64,000 nucleotides of DNA from assembly GCF_009914755.1 (NCBI RefSeq), contig NC_060945.1; one strand, 5' to 3'. Made by a program: the position numbers and the translations under genes. The first letter of the stretch is position 1. Each line of letters opens with the position of its first letter. This document shows positions 15,626 through 33,120 of the stretch, piece by piece. The stretch is from the human T2T-CHM13v2.0 reference genome, Homo sapiens. The notes beneath the pieces are model-generated. The model searched no databases and was not told where the DNA came from. It saw nothing but the letters and a program-made list of their open reading frames with translations.

Positions 15626-16464
15626 TAAATCAATCCTTTTAAGGATATTTAAGGAATCAGTGAATGGCTGACCTGTCCAATGTGCCCACAGAAGGAAGTA
15701 AGAGCTCTTTGGAAATTTGCATGCTTGCAATTGAAAAGGCTCCTTGAAATTTTGCTGTATCTCACATTGCAGAAAACAAATCCAAACTTAGGGCAAAGAC
15801 ATCAGTTCTGTTAAAAACCTAGGATTTACTTCTACATTATTCAGGGTATTCTTGAAGCACCTGGTTATACTGTTTACTATGTGTCTGTCTATCCTTCTTT
15901 TGTTTATATTTTAGTTATTTTTACATTTGTGGCCAAAATCTTACACTTGTAAAGAAAAGAGAAAGACAAAGAGAAGAAATGAGAGTCTGTCAACTGAAAA
16001 TTTAGGTCACTGACATCAAGTGGTCATCCTGATATCAAGGGGACAAGCCAGGATGGTGAAAGATGGGAACCACTCAGGCCCTTGAATTCTCTTCTTTTAT
16101 AAAGAAAAGTTCAAATTACGGACTCTCTTTCCCGAGTCAGCTAAAAGGATTCAAAATTACAAAGAGCCAAAACTCCAGTTTTGAAACACTCTTCCTGTTT
16201 ATAGTGAATAAATTCCCCAAATGCAGAGGAATTAGATTTTAATGAAAGTCTCCACTATCATGCTATTGCTCAATAACATTTTGGCTAAACTGGCTTAACC
16301 CTTCCCACAACTTAGAAAATTCTGACACTCTCATCAACGTGAATGGGGAGCAAATTCCTATTCTTAATATCTAATCACTTTTATTTTTCATCTTCTCCCC
16401 ATGTCTTAGATTAGTTCTATTTTGAGGACACTGATGAGCTCTGTTTACTGTTCTCACACGAAGA

Positions 16465-16640
16465 CAATGGTTCTCTAAGTATGGTCCCCACAAGAGCGTC
16501 AGCATCACTCAGGAACTGTTAGACATGCACATTTTCGGGCCTGACCTGAGACCTAATAAATCGGAAACCTAGAAGTGGGGCAATCTATGGTTTACAAAGC
16601 TTCCAGGTGGCTGTGATGCAACACACTTTGAGTGCCACCG
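16465..16640. mobile_element. MER5A (hAT-Charlie)
   Basis: caatggttctc...cagcatcactcaggaactgttaga...tttgag. Confidence 0.7.
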
Positions 16641-16799
16641 CTCTCAGCCACCGAAACACCATCACCTGTGTCACCCACATGCCCCCCCCTCCAGGCTTCA
16701 TCAGTGCGGTGGGTCCTAAGAATGTCTCTGTAAACACATTGCTCCCACACTCATGCTCCTCACTCCCCTAAATGGCAGCAACTCAGACCTTCTCCTTTT

Positions 16800-17091
16800 C
16801 TTTTTTTTTTTTGAGACGAAGTCTCGCACTGTCACCCAGGCTGGAGTGCAATGGTGCCATCTCAGCTCACTGCAACCACCACCTCCTGGGTTCAAGGATT
16901 CTCCTGCCTCAGCCTCTCCAGTAGCTGGAATTACAGGCATCCGCCACCACACCCAGCTAATTTTTGTATTTTTAGTAGAGACGGGGTTTCACTATGTTGG
17001 CCAGGCTGGTCTTGAACTCCTGACCTCGTGATCCACCCGCCTCGGCCTCCCAAAGTGTCGGGATTACAGGCGTGAGCCACCACACCCAGCC
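16800..17091 (-). mobile_element. Alu (AluSg-like)
   Basis: TSD agaccttctccttt. Confidence 0.95.
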
Positions 17092-17771
17092 AGACCTTCT
17101 CCTTTCTTAGATCTGACAGTCTCAAAGTTGAGTTTTCTCACAGACTGCCCCTCCACCCCACCTCCTGCTCCCCACATCTCTCTAGGTTGAGGTTCCACAG
17201 CCCACAGTCACTCCGCACACCGACTTCCTGCTCCTTGGATGCCAAGCACACAGGACTCCATGCTCAGCTCCACACACCAGCATCACCACCCCTCTCAAAG
17301 CCCCATTCAGACCTCCGCACCACAGGCCCGCTTCCCTTGCAGCCATGGCTTGTCCCCCAAGTTCTGCAAATACACCTCTGCCCCTCTCCATCTCTCCTCC
17401 AGTGGCCTTGCGGCCTTCTCTGGGCTGGAGGAAAAAAATCCATGCTCTCCCAAAGGCCTCCCTCCCTGGTGGGGGGCAGGGGACAGCTGGCTTTTTTTGG
17501 CTAAAAGTTCTAACCCTGTCCCCAAAAGCAATGAGAGCTAGGTGAAGGGCAAAGGGTTAAGGAGGCCTTTTTTTTTTTTATTTGGGGGCTTGGGGTTTTC
17601 TTTTAAGCAGGATTTATAAAGGCTGGCTGTTGATTCCTTTGAGAGAAAAAAGGAGATCCAAGTTTTCTCTGGCACTACACGAGACAGCCAGGGAAACGCA
17701 GCAACATCCTGTCCTGGGAACTGACTGAAGCAGTTATTAAAGTCAATGGAGGCAGCACTGAGGGCGTAGCA

Positions 17772-18480
17772 GTGTGTGTGTGTGAGTGTGAGGTTGTGTG
17801 TGTGACAGTGTGGAGAGTGTGAGTGTACATGTGAAAGAGCATATATGTGTGTGAAAAAGGGTGTATGTGTGAGTGTGAAACAGTGATTGTGAGTGTGTGT
17901 GAGACTGCATTATGTGATTGTGAGCATGTGTGTGACAGTGTATATATTTGTGTGGGTGTGTCAGACTGTGTGTCTGATAGTGTGTGTAATGAGACAGTGT
18001 GTGTGTGAGTATATGTAGGAGACTGCGAGTGTGTGTGTGTATGTGTGAGCAACTGTGTGTAAGAGTGTGTGTGACGGTACGTAAATGAGACAGTGAGAGT
18101 ATGTGAGTGCGTAAGTGTATGAGACTGTGTGAGGGTGTTACGTATGTGAGCATGTGTGAGCGACTGTGTAAGAGTGTGTGTGATAGTGTGTATGTGTATG
18201 TGAGACAGTGCATGAGACTGAGTTTATAAGTGTGAGCATGTGTGAGCAACTGTGTAAGAATGTGTGCATATGTGTATGAGACTGTGTGAGAGTGAATTGA
18301 GTGTTAGTGTGTGTCAGTGACTATGTGTAAGTGTGTGTGCTGATATGTATATGTACGAGACAGGGCGTGAGAGTGTGTGTGAGTGTGTATGTGAGAGAGA
18401 CACAGAGAGAAAGAAAGGGAGGAGAGAGAGGCAGAGGGAGGGGAGAGAAAAGAGAGAGACCAACAGAGACAGAAAGGGAG
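17772..18480. repeat. degenerate (TG)-rich tandem domain followed by GA-rich tract
   Basis: about 630 bp TG/TGAG-rich then about 80 bp purine-rich. Confidence 0.9.
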
Positions 18481-19012
18481 AGTCTGAATCCAGTCAACGT
18501 GAGTCCTCCCACTGGCAGGCAGATAAATTACCTGGTGGTTTCCTGTGTCTGACGGCAACTAAAATAAGGCATACAAAAGCATGAACTCAGCTGAAGTGAG
18601 AGCATTAGGGGCCCGCCCCTCACTGGACGATGTTACAAAGAGCCCCTGAAAAACATTCCATGTTACATCACGGCCACAAGGCAAGTGGCTCCAAGGGTGA
18701 GTGGGCTCCTGACATTGAGGACAGGACTGTCCTGCCCACTGGGGATGATTTAGAACCTCTCTCTGCCTCCCACCTCAATCATAAAAGCACCCCCACCCCC
18801 ATGATCCTAAATGTCCTCAAAAGGGAAGTAGCACCCCACAGAAAATGAAACTCCTGAAATAATCCAAGGGCAAAGAGGAGAGTAAGAAGCTGGGGCTGTG
18901 CCTTGAACTTAAAATAATAATAATAACAAAATGCAGCAAATATTAAAAGCTAGAGATTTTAAATACAGGGGATGTCCTAGATTTCACTGTCTGGATAAAG
19001 GTGACTACAGAG

Positions 19013-19538
<526 letters not shown>

Positions 19539-19605
19539 GGTATCAAGTGTAAGAACGTATGTAATGGGCAATCGGACAGCACTAGAAAGTGCATTTCGTC
19601 AGCTC

Positions 19606-19908
<303 letters not shown>

Positions 19909-20207
19909 TCGTCAGCTCTTTTAAAGAAACAAGACGGCTACCCAAAGGAAAAGAAATCGTTATATCAGAAAGACACCTGCATTTTATATTTATTGCAGCA
20001 GGATTCACAGTAGCAAAGATACAGAATCCACCTCGGTGTCTATCAACAGATGACTGGATAAAGGAAATGTGACATATATACACAATGGAATAGTATTCAG
20101 TTGTGCAAATGAATGAAATCATGTCTTCTGCAGCAACCTAGATGGAACTGGACGCCGTTATCTTAAGTCAGACACAGAAAGACAAGTATTGCAAGTGCTC
20201 ACTTCTA

Positions 20208-21005
<798 letters not shown>

Positions 21006-21095
21006 CCCTAAAAGCCCTGACTTCACCACTATGCTGCAATCTACGCATGTAACAAAATCAGACATGTATTCCATAAATTTGGACCACTAAACTAA

Positions 21096-21559
<464 letters not shown>

Positions 21560-21859
21560 CTCTTTCTGCATATTTCATTGCACTCCATTCTCCCCTCAGT
21601 TTTGCTCCTGTCTTTGTCCCCTGCGAAAGGAATACGATTAAATTGATTATCATTCTGCTCCATTAAAAAACAATGGGTAAAATGTATTATCTAGCATTCG
21701 CCAGGCCCCTCATCACAGATATGCTGTTTCTTGATACCAGCTCCAGATCAGATTTGAAGTCCCAGGCAAAGAACGTGCAAACAGACCAACCAGATGCCAT
21801 CTCCTTCCACAGGGTTCCAGTGCCGCTAAATGAGATGAAGACCCAGTCCCAAAGCTGTG

Positions 21860-22870
21860 AGTGTGACTCAGCCAGTCCCCCCACAACACGAGCTGGGGTT
21901 ACGTCACCTGCACAAGGTCAACATCTGGAAAGCAGCAGAGCAACCGTGGTGATGGGAGTGGTGCATTCTTCCAAGTTCAAGGCAACTGCAAACATGACAT
22001 TTGGCGGATGACAAAGGCCTAAAAGGAGACTTAGGATTTGGTTCAACTCTGTACTTCATTCCCTACCACCTCAGGCTCTCAGGAGCCCATGGATTTTGCC
22101 ACTCTGAAAGCACAAGAGAGAGAATTCCAGAGTTGCGGAGAAAAATCTTTGGCAAGCCTCGAAAATGGCCAGAACTCATTTTCTTTGTGACAGCGGAACA
22201 TACAAGCTAAGGGTCCCCATGTAAAAGTTCCCGTCCTCTTGTGAATCTCCTTAACAACAAGGAGCAGTCAAGTGTCCGTAAGAAAAGCATAAATATACAG
22301 CTTATGTACACGTCTTCTGCAGGTGGTTTTCATCAGACTCAAAAGCGAAGCTGTCCTTTTTCTTCTCGAATCTAACAGTGAAGAATCCCAAAGGATATGA
22401 AAAGCTCTCAGAATGAATCAGCCACCACTGGGAAAAGCTTACTAACAGGGCTAATTCCAGGGGCCAGTGGCAGATGGAGGTGGGAGCAACGGCCCCTTTC
22501 TATGTGGCCAGTGAACAATCAAAAAAGCATCCCAGGTCAGCTGAGGACCCTCCACCATTTCCTCCTGTCTCTTGTCCAACTTGATGACTTCCAGAACTAA
22601 AATATTAAAGAGTGTCTACGTCAGGAAGTGACATCAACCAGAACAATATGAGCCTCTGAAGGACAGGTGTCTGGGCAGTTGGACCCGAACCATAGAAAAA
22701 AGAAATTCTCTCTTCTGTTGCCACCGGTGCAGATGGATGAGATCCGAGAATCATTTCCTCAGCGGGCAAAAACCCAGGGAAGAGGAACTGGAAAAAGGTC
22801 ACGTCCAAACAAATATGTCAACCAAACGAAGAGAGTCCCAAAAGGCACGGGCGGACACACACCGCCCACA
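21860..22870. promoter_or_regulatory. candidate enhancer (AP-1, CRE-like, ETS-CRE composite, GC boxes)
   Basis: TGACTCA 21864, TTACGTCA 21899, CAGGAAGTGACATCA 22622-22636, GGGCGG/CCGCCC 22849-22867. Confidence 0.3.
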
Positions 22871-23029
22871 ATAGGAGAAAGCCACCACTGATTTGAAATC
22901 ATCACGCACTCCAAGGAACATTCTCACAAATGGCCCCTGGGAAAGTTTCTGTGGTCAGGTGGTTAGATGGCCCTAGGAGGCAGGAAGTCACAGAAAGGGT
23001 GTACCCCTGAGGGATGGGGAATGTTCTGT

Positions 23030-23240
23030 GACTCTTCCAACACTGAGTGTCTCCTTACACCTATAAAACTAAAGCTAGGGCAAAATCAGCAGTCCATGTA
23101 AAACAAATGGGAGAGCCTCAGCTATAGAATGTCTTCTTACCCAACGGCCCCAAAGCGTAAGAGAAAATCCCACTATCCCATATAAGATGTCTCTACAAAG
23201 TGCTTAGCACAAGGTCAGGAATCCTCAGTAAATTTAACCT
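23030..23240 (+). mobile_element. MIR fragment
   Basis: acctataaaa...aaagtgcttagcaca. Confidence 0.4.
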
Positions 23241-23869
23241 AAATTTATAATGTTATTGGTTATCTTATTAACAACAACAATAATATTCATAGCTGCCAAT
23301 GAAGCAGGTGTTCCCTCCAGAGATTAAAAACTCAGTTACCGTCTAAGCAAACCCATTGAGTTCGCTAATGAACCACTTTCTGGAAATCATAGCTATTCAA
23401 AATATTCTTTCAAAGTCCAGTATCCCCCATGTGCAAACACTTGCAGTGTCTGCCCCTTCTTCCCCTCCCATTTCTAACCCAGCAATCAGGGATATGGGTG
23501 ATCAGTTACTGATGCTAGGACCCAATGTCCTCATTCCAACTAAAATACAACACACTACCTTCACCCAGCTTGCTTTTCTCTGTCGCCACAATTTTTCTCT
23601 CCTTTACTTCTCCACTATATGAAGAAATGGTAGGATTGTTGTGGCCTCTTCTGGTTTTACCATTCTCAGCTTCTACACCCTTTTCTTCACATTGCTTTGT
23701 TTCCAAGGGCTCCATGACTCCGTTTTACTGGTCAGGGAAGATAATTTGAACGTTTGAGCTCCTGGGTGATGTGGGGACAAAACTGGCCTCTCATTCATTT
23801 TTGGCCATGACCCAACAGAATGCCTTCCCCACACTGTCTCCTCCATGTCTCTGTCTCGGCCACCTCCCA

Positions 23870-24295
23870 GGTCAAGCTCATCTTTATCCTAGTTTATGAC
23901 CACAGGCTCCTAACAGACATCCTGCCTTCTAGGCCTCCTCCCACCAACCAGCCTTCCCAATGCTACCCAAGGGATTTCTCTCCAAGGCAGGACATAGATT
24001 TCATTCTTCCCTAATGAGAAGCTTTCAGTGGCTTTAACTTTCTGTTAGTAAAATTCAAGCTCTTTGGGGTTACCTTTAAAAAGGCCTCCATAACGTGACG
24101 CCAGTGGGGCTCTCTCTTCTCCCCTCTCGCCAAATCCTCACAAATCCTATATACCAGCCCCATAGGACAACTCCTCTCCTATTGTGCCCTGCACCTTCAA
24201 CACTCCACCATTTCCCTGCATGCCTCTGCCACCCGATACCTCCCAACTCTGGCTAGTCTTCGAAGCACCCTGCAAGATATGCCTCAAATACTGTG
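23870..24295 (+). mobile_element. L2 fragment
   Basis: pyrimidine-rich L2-like text (ctcctaacag, tttcagtggct, aaggcctccataa). Confidence 0.5.
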
Positions 24296-24312
24296 CATTC
24301 CACATAGTGAAA

Positions 24313-24712
24313 TTTTTTTAATTTTAATAGTTTTGGGAGTACAGGTGGTTTCTGGTTACATGGATAAGTTCTTCAGTGTTGATTGCTGAGATTTTGGTGC
24401 AGCCATCACCCAAACAGTATACACTGTACCCCAAATGTAGTCTTTTATCCCTTACCCCCTTCCCAACCTTTCCCCCTGAGTCCCCAGAATCCATTATATC
24501 ACTCTTATGCCTTTGCATCCTCATAGCCTAGTGCCCACTTATAAGTGAGAACATACAATATTTGGTTTTCCATTCCTGAGTTACTTCACCTAGAATAATG
24601 GCCTCCAGCTCCATCCAAGTTGCGCAACAGACATGATTTCATTCCTTTTTGTGGCTGTTCCAAGGCAAATATATGCCACATTTTCTTTATCTACTCATTG
24701 GCTAATGTGCAC
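24313..24712 (-). mobile_element. L1PB-like 3' end
   Basis: ggttacatggataagttctt...cccacttataagtgagaacat. Confidence 0.85.
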
Positions 24713-24935
24713 ACAAAGTGAAGTTTAATATCCAGATAAAAGTGATCACTTGCTCAGCGCTCTCAACCACTTGGCCTACATGACACATATTAAGGGGGAC
24801 TCCTTAAACTATGTTGGGACATCATGTAGTGGGCCCTAAAGTGAATCAAATTAACATCTGATATGATCCAAGCAAAGATCTTGGTGTGGGACCGAATCAA
24901 CAAGTCAAAGGAATGTCTTTAATGGGGATGCTGCC

Positions 24936-25629
<694 letters not shown>

Positions 25630-26061
25630 GTGTCCTAACAAGCAAAAAGCAAGCACTTGCCATCAGGGACAGAAGAGAACAGATGTACACCTGCAGGTCA
25701 ATTCCTGCCACACTCTACCTGTGCAGTCAGGGACATGGAGGTTTTCAACAGGATGACCAGGGACAGTCTCGCTGAAAAAGAAACATGACAGAACCCACAC
25801 CTGAAGGGGGTACATTATGTAACTACCTGGGGAAGAGTGCTCCAGGTAGAGAGACACAGGACAAGAGGCTTGAGGCTGGCACTTGCCATATGAATGAGCA
25901 ACAGCTGAGTGGAGAGAGAGAGAAATTGAAGATGGGAAGGGGCAGCTCAAGTCAGCCAGGAACCACTGTGAGCCCTTCAGTTTTTATTTCGGGGCAATTG
26001 GAAAGGCCCAAAAGGTACTGAGCAGAGTGACACTATCTGACTTTTAAAAAGGTGCCCTCTA

Positions 26062-26379
<318 letters not shown>

Positions 26380-27760
26380 TTAGACACAGGGTGGTGGGAA
26401 GGCAAGAGAAAAAGCAGCATCCAAATGCAAATTAAACAGCTGCTGTTTTCAGGCAGGGACTGAAAACACCAGCTACCAACTTGGATTTAAGAAAATGGCC
26501 AAGGGTGTCCACTCTCCCCTACCCCGGTGGCTGCAGATACAAAGACCTGCAGCATCCTGGCGAGGGATGAAAGGAGAGCTCTCTGTAGTTTTTCAGGCCA
26601 ACTCCACAGAAGCTATTAGAAAGGTTAGCAATAAGTGCAGCCCAGCTTTAAACACAGGAGTTAGAGGGGTCACCTCAAATGAAAAGGAGACTGAGAGACA
26701 ACCTTCTCTTGGGAGCTCCCCTGGAAACAGAGGAAAACACACCGCCAGAGAAGAAAGTCGCCCTGAAAATACCAACGACACTGGACTTTGCACAGAATCA
26801 GCTTCAGAGAGAGGCCTTTTGCTGCAAGCAGGGTGGCGAGGCCTCTTAGAACTACCGTTTCTTTTACTGCAGTTGAAGGAAAGAAAAAGGAGTCAAGGTC
26901 ACACACTCAGGTGGCTTTGAAGCCCAGCCCCCACCGAGCGGTCTAGCCCAGTAATCCTAGGTTGAAGATGTGTGCAAATTACTCTTCTCTGCACCTCCCA
27001 TGGTCTCCACGAGATCTGCCGGGCACACCAGGGCTGGCCAGTGACCCTCCTGAAGGAGCTTCAGCTCTGGAATCAACTCAGCCTGAGACCCTGGTAACTA
27101 AACTCCTCCAACCTCCTCGCTTCTCCTCCAAAAATCGGTATTCAGTGAGATTCACGTATGAAGAGCACTCAGCACAAGGATGGTACTCAGCAAAGGGGAG
27201 TTATTATTGGGATCATTATTGCTAATTCTCTTCAGCTGCACATGAATGCGTGAGAAATTCATGTTAAGTAAAGTAAAATAATGGAAACATTCACTGGTAC
27301 CATAAGCAATAGATGCATCATCATTAAACAATAGAGTGATAAAAAAAGGACAGTGACGCACCTTGTATAGCGATGTGTCATCTAAAACATCTATTCAAAG
27401 AACAGAAGACTCACCTTCAGTTAAATGCCATCCTCCCCAAGATCTTGATCCTTCGGAGATACAAAATCTTCAGCAACACTTACAAGTGAGCTGTTAATAC
27501 TAGTATGTCCAGACGCTGATGACAGCATTTAAAACCCTCTTTCTGGACACTAATTCAGCAATAATATGCATTAGATGCGTTTAACAGTTTAAACTCTTTT
27601 TCCAGTAAATCTGTGTTTAAAATTTTTAATCTAAGGATGGAATAAAAGATACAAAGATTTACACACAAAGAAGTTAATACACCCCACAAGTAGAAAAACA
27701 AAAGTGGAAAACAAAATGATGAGCAAAAAGAAGCAATTAAATAAACTACATAACATCCTA

Positions 27761-28062
<302 letters not shown>

Positions 28063-28821
28063 AATAAACTATATAACATCCTTATAAGAAACTTCTCTGC
28101 AATTTTTGAAAAAGCGACTTTAGGAAAAATATCTGTCAGGAGAACCTGAGCTACCTGAGAACCTAGCAAATGGGCAAGGTTGGATGAGATGCAATTTCCT
28201 GACTTTGCCACATAATAATAATGATATGTCATGGTATAGAAAACAAGCCTTGAAAGGGACAAAACAGCTCATAGCCCAGGACAGCCACATCAGCCTCCAT
28301 GTCTGTAAAAAATACCCATGCACCAGAGCCTTCTCCTCTTCTGTTGCATCTCCTCTGGACATCAGTGAACACAAGCTCCACAGAAATTCCAGGAACTAAT
28401 AGAAAGAACCAGTTGACCTTTCCAGGGAGGCTTACTTAAGGGAAATTTGTGAAAAACTTTTCCAGTATCCCAGACCCTAAAGAGTCTAAAGGTGAGTACA
28501 TGCAATAAAGCCTCGAAGCAAAGCATATCAGATTGTCCAAAATGATGCAACCATTTAGAATTCATTGAAATGACCACCTGACTTGTTTTACTGTTGTCTA
28601 CATCATTGTTAGTGTTGGATGTGGTTTTAACCAAGTGTGTATTTTCCAAACTTTGTCCAGCAGAGTAGAATTGCTTTCAGAACTCAAACTTCTATATAGG
28701 GGGTCAAATAGGGTCTCCCTCAAAATAGTGGGTCAAATAGGGTCTCCCCAAAAAATTCACATCCACTCAGAACTTCAGAATGTGACGTTGCTTGGAAATA
28801 GGGTCTTTGCAGGTGTAATTA

Positions 28822-29196
<375 letters not shown>

Positions 29197-29342
29197 CTAG
29201 TGGCCTTTAAAGAAGAGAGGACATACAGAGAAGGCCAAGTGAAGAGGGAGGCAGTGACTGGACGTTGCAGCTACAAGCCAAGAAATGCTAAAGATTGCTA
29301 GGAGCCACCAGAAGAAGAGTCGGGAAGAATTCCTCCATAGAG

Positions 29343-29673
29343 CAGGGGTCCCTAACCCTCGGGCTGCTGACCGATACCAGTCTATGGCCTGTTAGAAGCT
29401 GGGCCACACAGCAGGAGGTGGGCAGTGGGCAAGCGGGTGAGCATTACCACCTGAGCTCCGCCTCCTGTCAGATCAGCGGTGACATCAGATTCTCATAGGA
29501 GCATGAACCCTGTTGTGAACGGCGCATGCGAGGGATCTAGGTTGCGCACTCCTTATGAGAATCGAATGCCGATGATCTGAGATGGAACAGTTTCATTCTG
29601 AAACCTTGGGTCCGTGGGAAAAACTGTCTTCCATGAAACTTGTCCCTGGTGATAAAAAGCTTGGGGAACACTG
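29343..29673 (+). mobile_element. MER1B (hAT-Charlie)
   Basis: caggggtccc...ggggaacactg termini; 8-bp TSD ccatagag/ccccagag. Confidence 0.88.
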
Positions 29674-29701
29674 CCCCAGAGCATTCAGAAGGAGCATGCC
29701 A

Positions 29702-30047
29702 GCCGGCTGCAGTGGCCACGCCTATAATCCCAACGTTGTGGAAGGCCATGGCAGGAGGACAGCTTGAGGCCAGACTTTTAAGACTAGCCTGAGCAACACA
29801 GTGAGACCCTATCTCTACAAAAGAAAAAAAAATTAGTCAGGCATGGTAGTGCACGCCAGTACTCCTAGCTACTCGCGAGGCTGAAGCAGGAGGATCTCTT
29901 GAGCCCAGGAGGTCGAGACTGCAGTGAGTTATAATCACACCACTGCACTCCAGTCGAGTTGCTGCAGGTAAACAAGAGTTCCATAGGCCTAGATAGGTGA
30001 CAGAATGACCCTGTCTCTAAAAAAAACAAAAAACAACAACAAAAAAA
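29702..30047 (+). mobile_element. Alu (AluJ) with about 42-bp foreign insert
   Basis: J diagnostics; non-Alu sequence at 29954-29995. Confidence 0.9.
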
Positions 30048-30372
30048 GGTAGCATGCCTTGCCAACACCTTGACTTCAGGCTTCTGGCTTCCAGAGAACT
30101 GCGAGAGAATATATTCCTGTTTTTGTAAGCCACCAAGTTGGTGGCAATATGTGATGGCAGCCCTAGAAAACTAATACAACCTACATACAAAAGTCTCAAA
30201 GTAAAGACAAGAAAATCACACAAAAGAGGGATTATTGAGAGGAGAGAATATTAAGAACACATGTTACTTTACAGCTCCGTCTCAGGATACGTATCAAGGA
30301 TGGAAGATACTCCTGAAGAAATGCTGAAAGCTAAAATTAAGATTTTATAAGCAGTTTTCTTGTTCCTCTGAG

Positions 30373-30537
30373 CAGTGGTTCCGAAGCATTGGTGTGCATA
30401 AGCGTTACGTGGCAAGAGCATTAGAGTGCAGACTCCCAAGCCCCCACCCAAGATCCTGATGCAACAGATGGTATTTTTAACAAGGAACCCTAGATTCCAG
30501 TGACACTGGCCTCCTGATCACATTTACGAGAAGTCTG
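30373..30537. mobile_element. MER5-family DNA transposon
   Basis: cagtggttc...gcagactccc...atttttaacaag. Confidence 0.55.
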
Positions 30538-31063
30538 TTGGGAGCTGAACATACATATAACAAAAACATCCTCTGGGGATGTTCATCAAACTCCCTATCC
30601 AGCAACCCAAAACCAGATGACCCCTTGATGCCTGTGCTCACACCATCCACGACTGCCACCAGCAATGTCCTGTGCCTCCACCTGCACTCCACCTTTGCAC
30701 CAATGAGCACCTCTCATGAACACATTGAGTATCTTTGTACCTTTGCTCATGATCTCTACTCAGGGGTTCCTCTCCCTGCCATGGACATATTGGCTTTCTA
30801 AAGAAAGTTTGTTCACCTTCCAAAATCCCAATTAAGCATCATTGCTCCGTAAAGATTCCCTAGCATGCTTAAGGGAGAATCATCCATTGCTCCTGCAGCA
30901 CACTGGACCAGCCTGCAGCATAGACAGCTGTCTGCCCCATGACATGGGGCGCTCCCTACAGGCCCAGTCTCTCTCTCTCTTTACTGTATCACTGTATCAC
31001 TGTCACCTAACAGAGTCACTTAAAAGTCACTTAATACACACTGATTGAGGGGGTTCCTGATAA

Positions 31064-31391
<328 letters not shown>

Positions 31392-31494
31392 TGGCACTAT
31401 CTTGAAGATGTGAAATAAAAGTCAAGAGTAGCCTACCCTCGCTGTCCCTGCCCCATCATTATACACATTCAGAGAATCCACAGTTTCTCCATTA

Positions 31495-31660
31495 TAGAAA
31501 CTAGCACACTTGTGATTAATATCAGCATACTAATTCACTTAATGTCCATCTTCCCCACAAGCCTGTGAGCTCTCTGCAGCCAGGGGCTGTGTCTGCTATT
31601 TACTGCTGTACCTCTAGGCCCTAGCCCTATAACGAACTCATGGTGATAAATGAATCCTTC
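31495..31660 (+). mobile_element. L2 3' fragment
   Basis: ctgtgagctc...gcagccaggggctgtgtctg...tttactgctgta. Confidence 0.55.
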
Positions 31661-31707
31661 ACATGTGAGATCATTTGGCATCCTAGAAAGTTGTAAAAAA
31701 AAAAAAA

Positions 31708-32020
31708 ACCTTGAAAACATTATGCTACGTGAAAGAAGCCAGTCACAAAAGACCACACATTTTATGATCCCATTTATATGAAACGTCCGGAATAGGCAAG
31801 GCCACAGAGAAAGAAAGTAAATTAATGATTATCGGGGGGGGGGGGGGGGTCAAGGGAGTTGGGGAGAAATAGGGAATGATTTGGGGCATGATGAGAGTGT
31901 TCTGAAGTTGATTGTAGTGATGATTGCACAACACTGAGAATATACTAAAAAACCACTGAATTATACACTTTACGTGCATGAATTGCACGGTGTGTGAATT
32001 ATATCTCAATAAAGCTGTTA
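31708..32020 (+). mobile_element. L1MB-like 3' end containing a G16 run
   Basis: ccttgaaaacattatgct...gaattatatctcaataaagctgtta. Confidence 0.8.
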
Positions 32021-32224
32021 AAGTTATAGAAGTTCTGCTGTTACAGATACTTGAAAATTAAGTTTGCTCAGAAAAGGAAAATGGTCTAATTGGGAGAAAC
32101 CATGGAAATCTTTTAGAAGACGCATGGTCTTCTTTCTTTTTCATTTTTAATAGATGCAGATTCGGTTTTATTTAGTATCCTGTAACTAGAGCTTAAATGC
32201 TTGTGAACATCTGGTCTGAGCTGC

Positions 32225-32320
32225 TCATTTCTAAAGAAATAAAAACTGAGACTCAGAAGTTCAGTGATTTGTCTACGATCTCACAGCCAGTGTGAGGAAG
32301 CTTAAGATTCAAACTCAATC
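32225..32320 (-). mobile_element. MIR fragment
   Basis: aaaactgagactcagaagttcagtgatttg. Confidence 0.55.
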
Positions 32321-32359
32321 ACAGCTATTCACAGAAGAAAAAGGGTGGATTTGTGGATG

Positions 32360-33120
<761 letters not shown>

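Noticed and set aside
17675-18249. His/Thr-rich 125- and 168-aa ORFs
   Set aside because: Artefact of the CA-rich strand, which has few stop codons
18041-18260. Repeat-spacer-like recurrence suggestive of a CRISPR array
   Set aside because: Human DNA; irregular spacing, low-complexity spacers, no cas genes
26495-26920. 141-aa ATG-initiated ORF
   Set aside because: No recognisable homology, poly-A tail or TSD to suggest a gene or retrocopy
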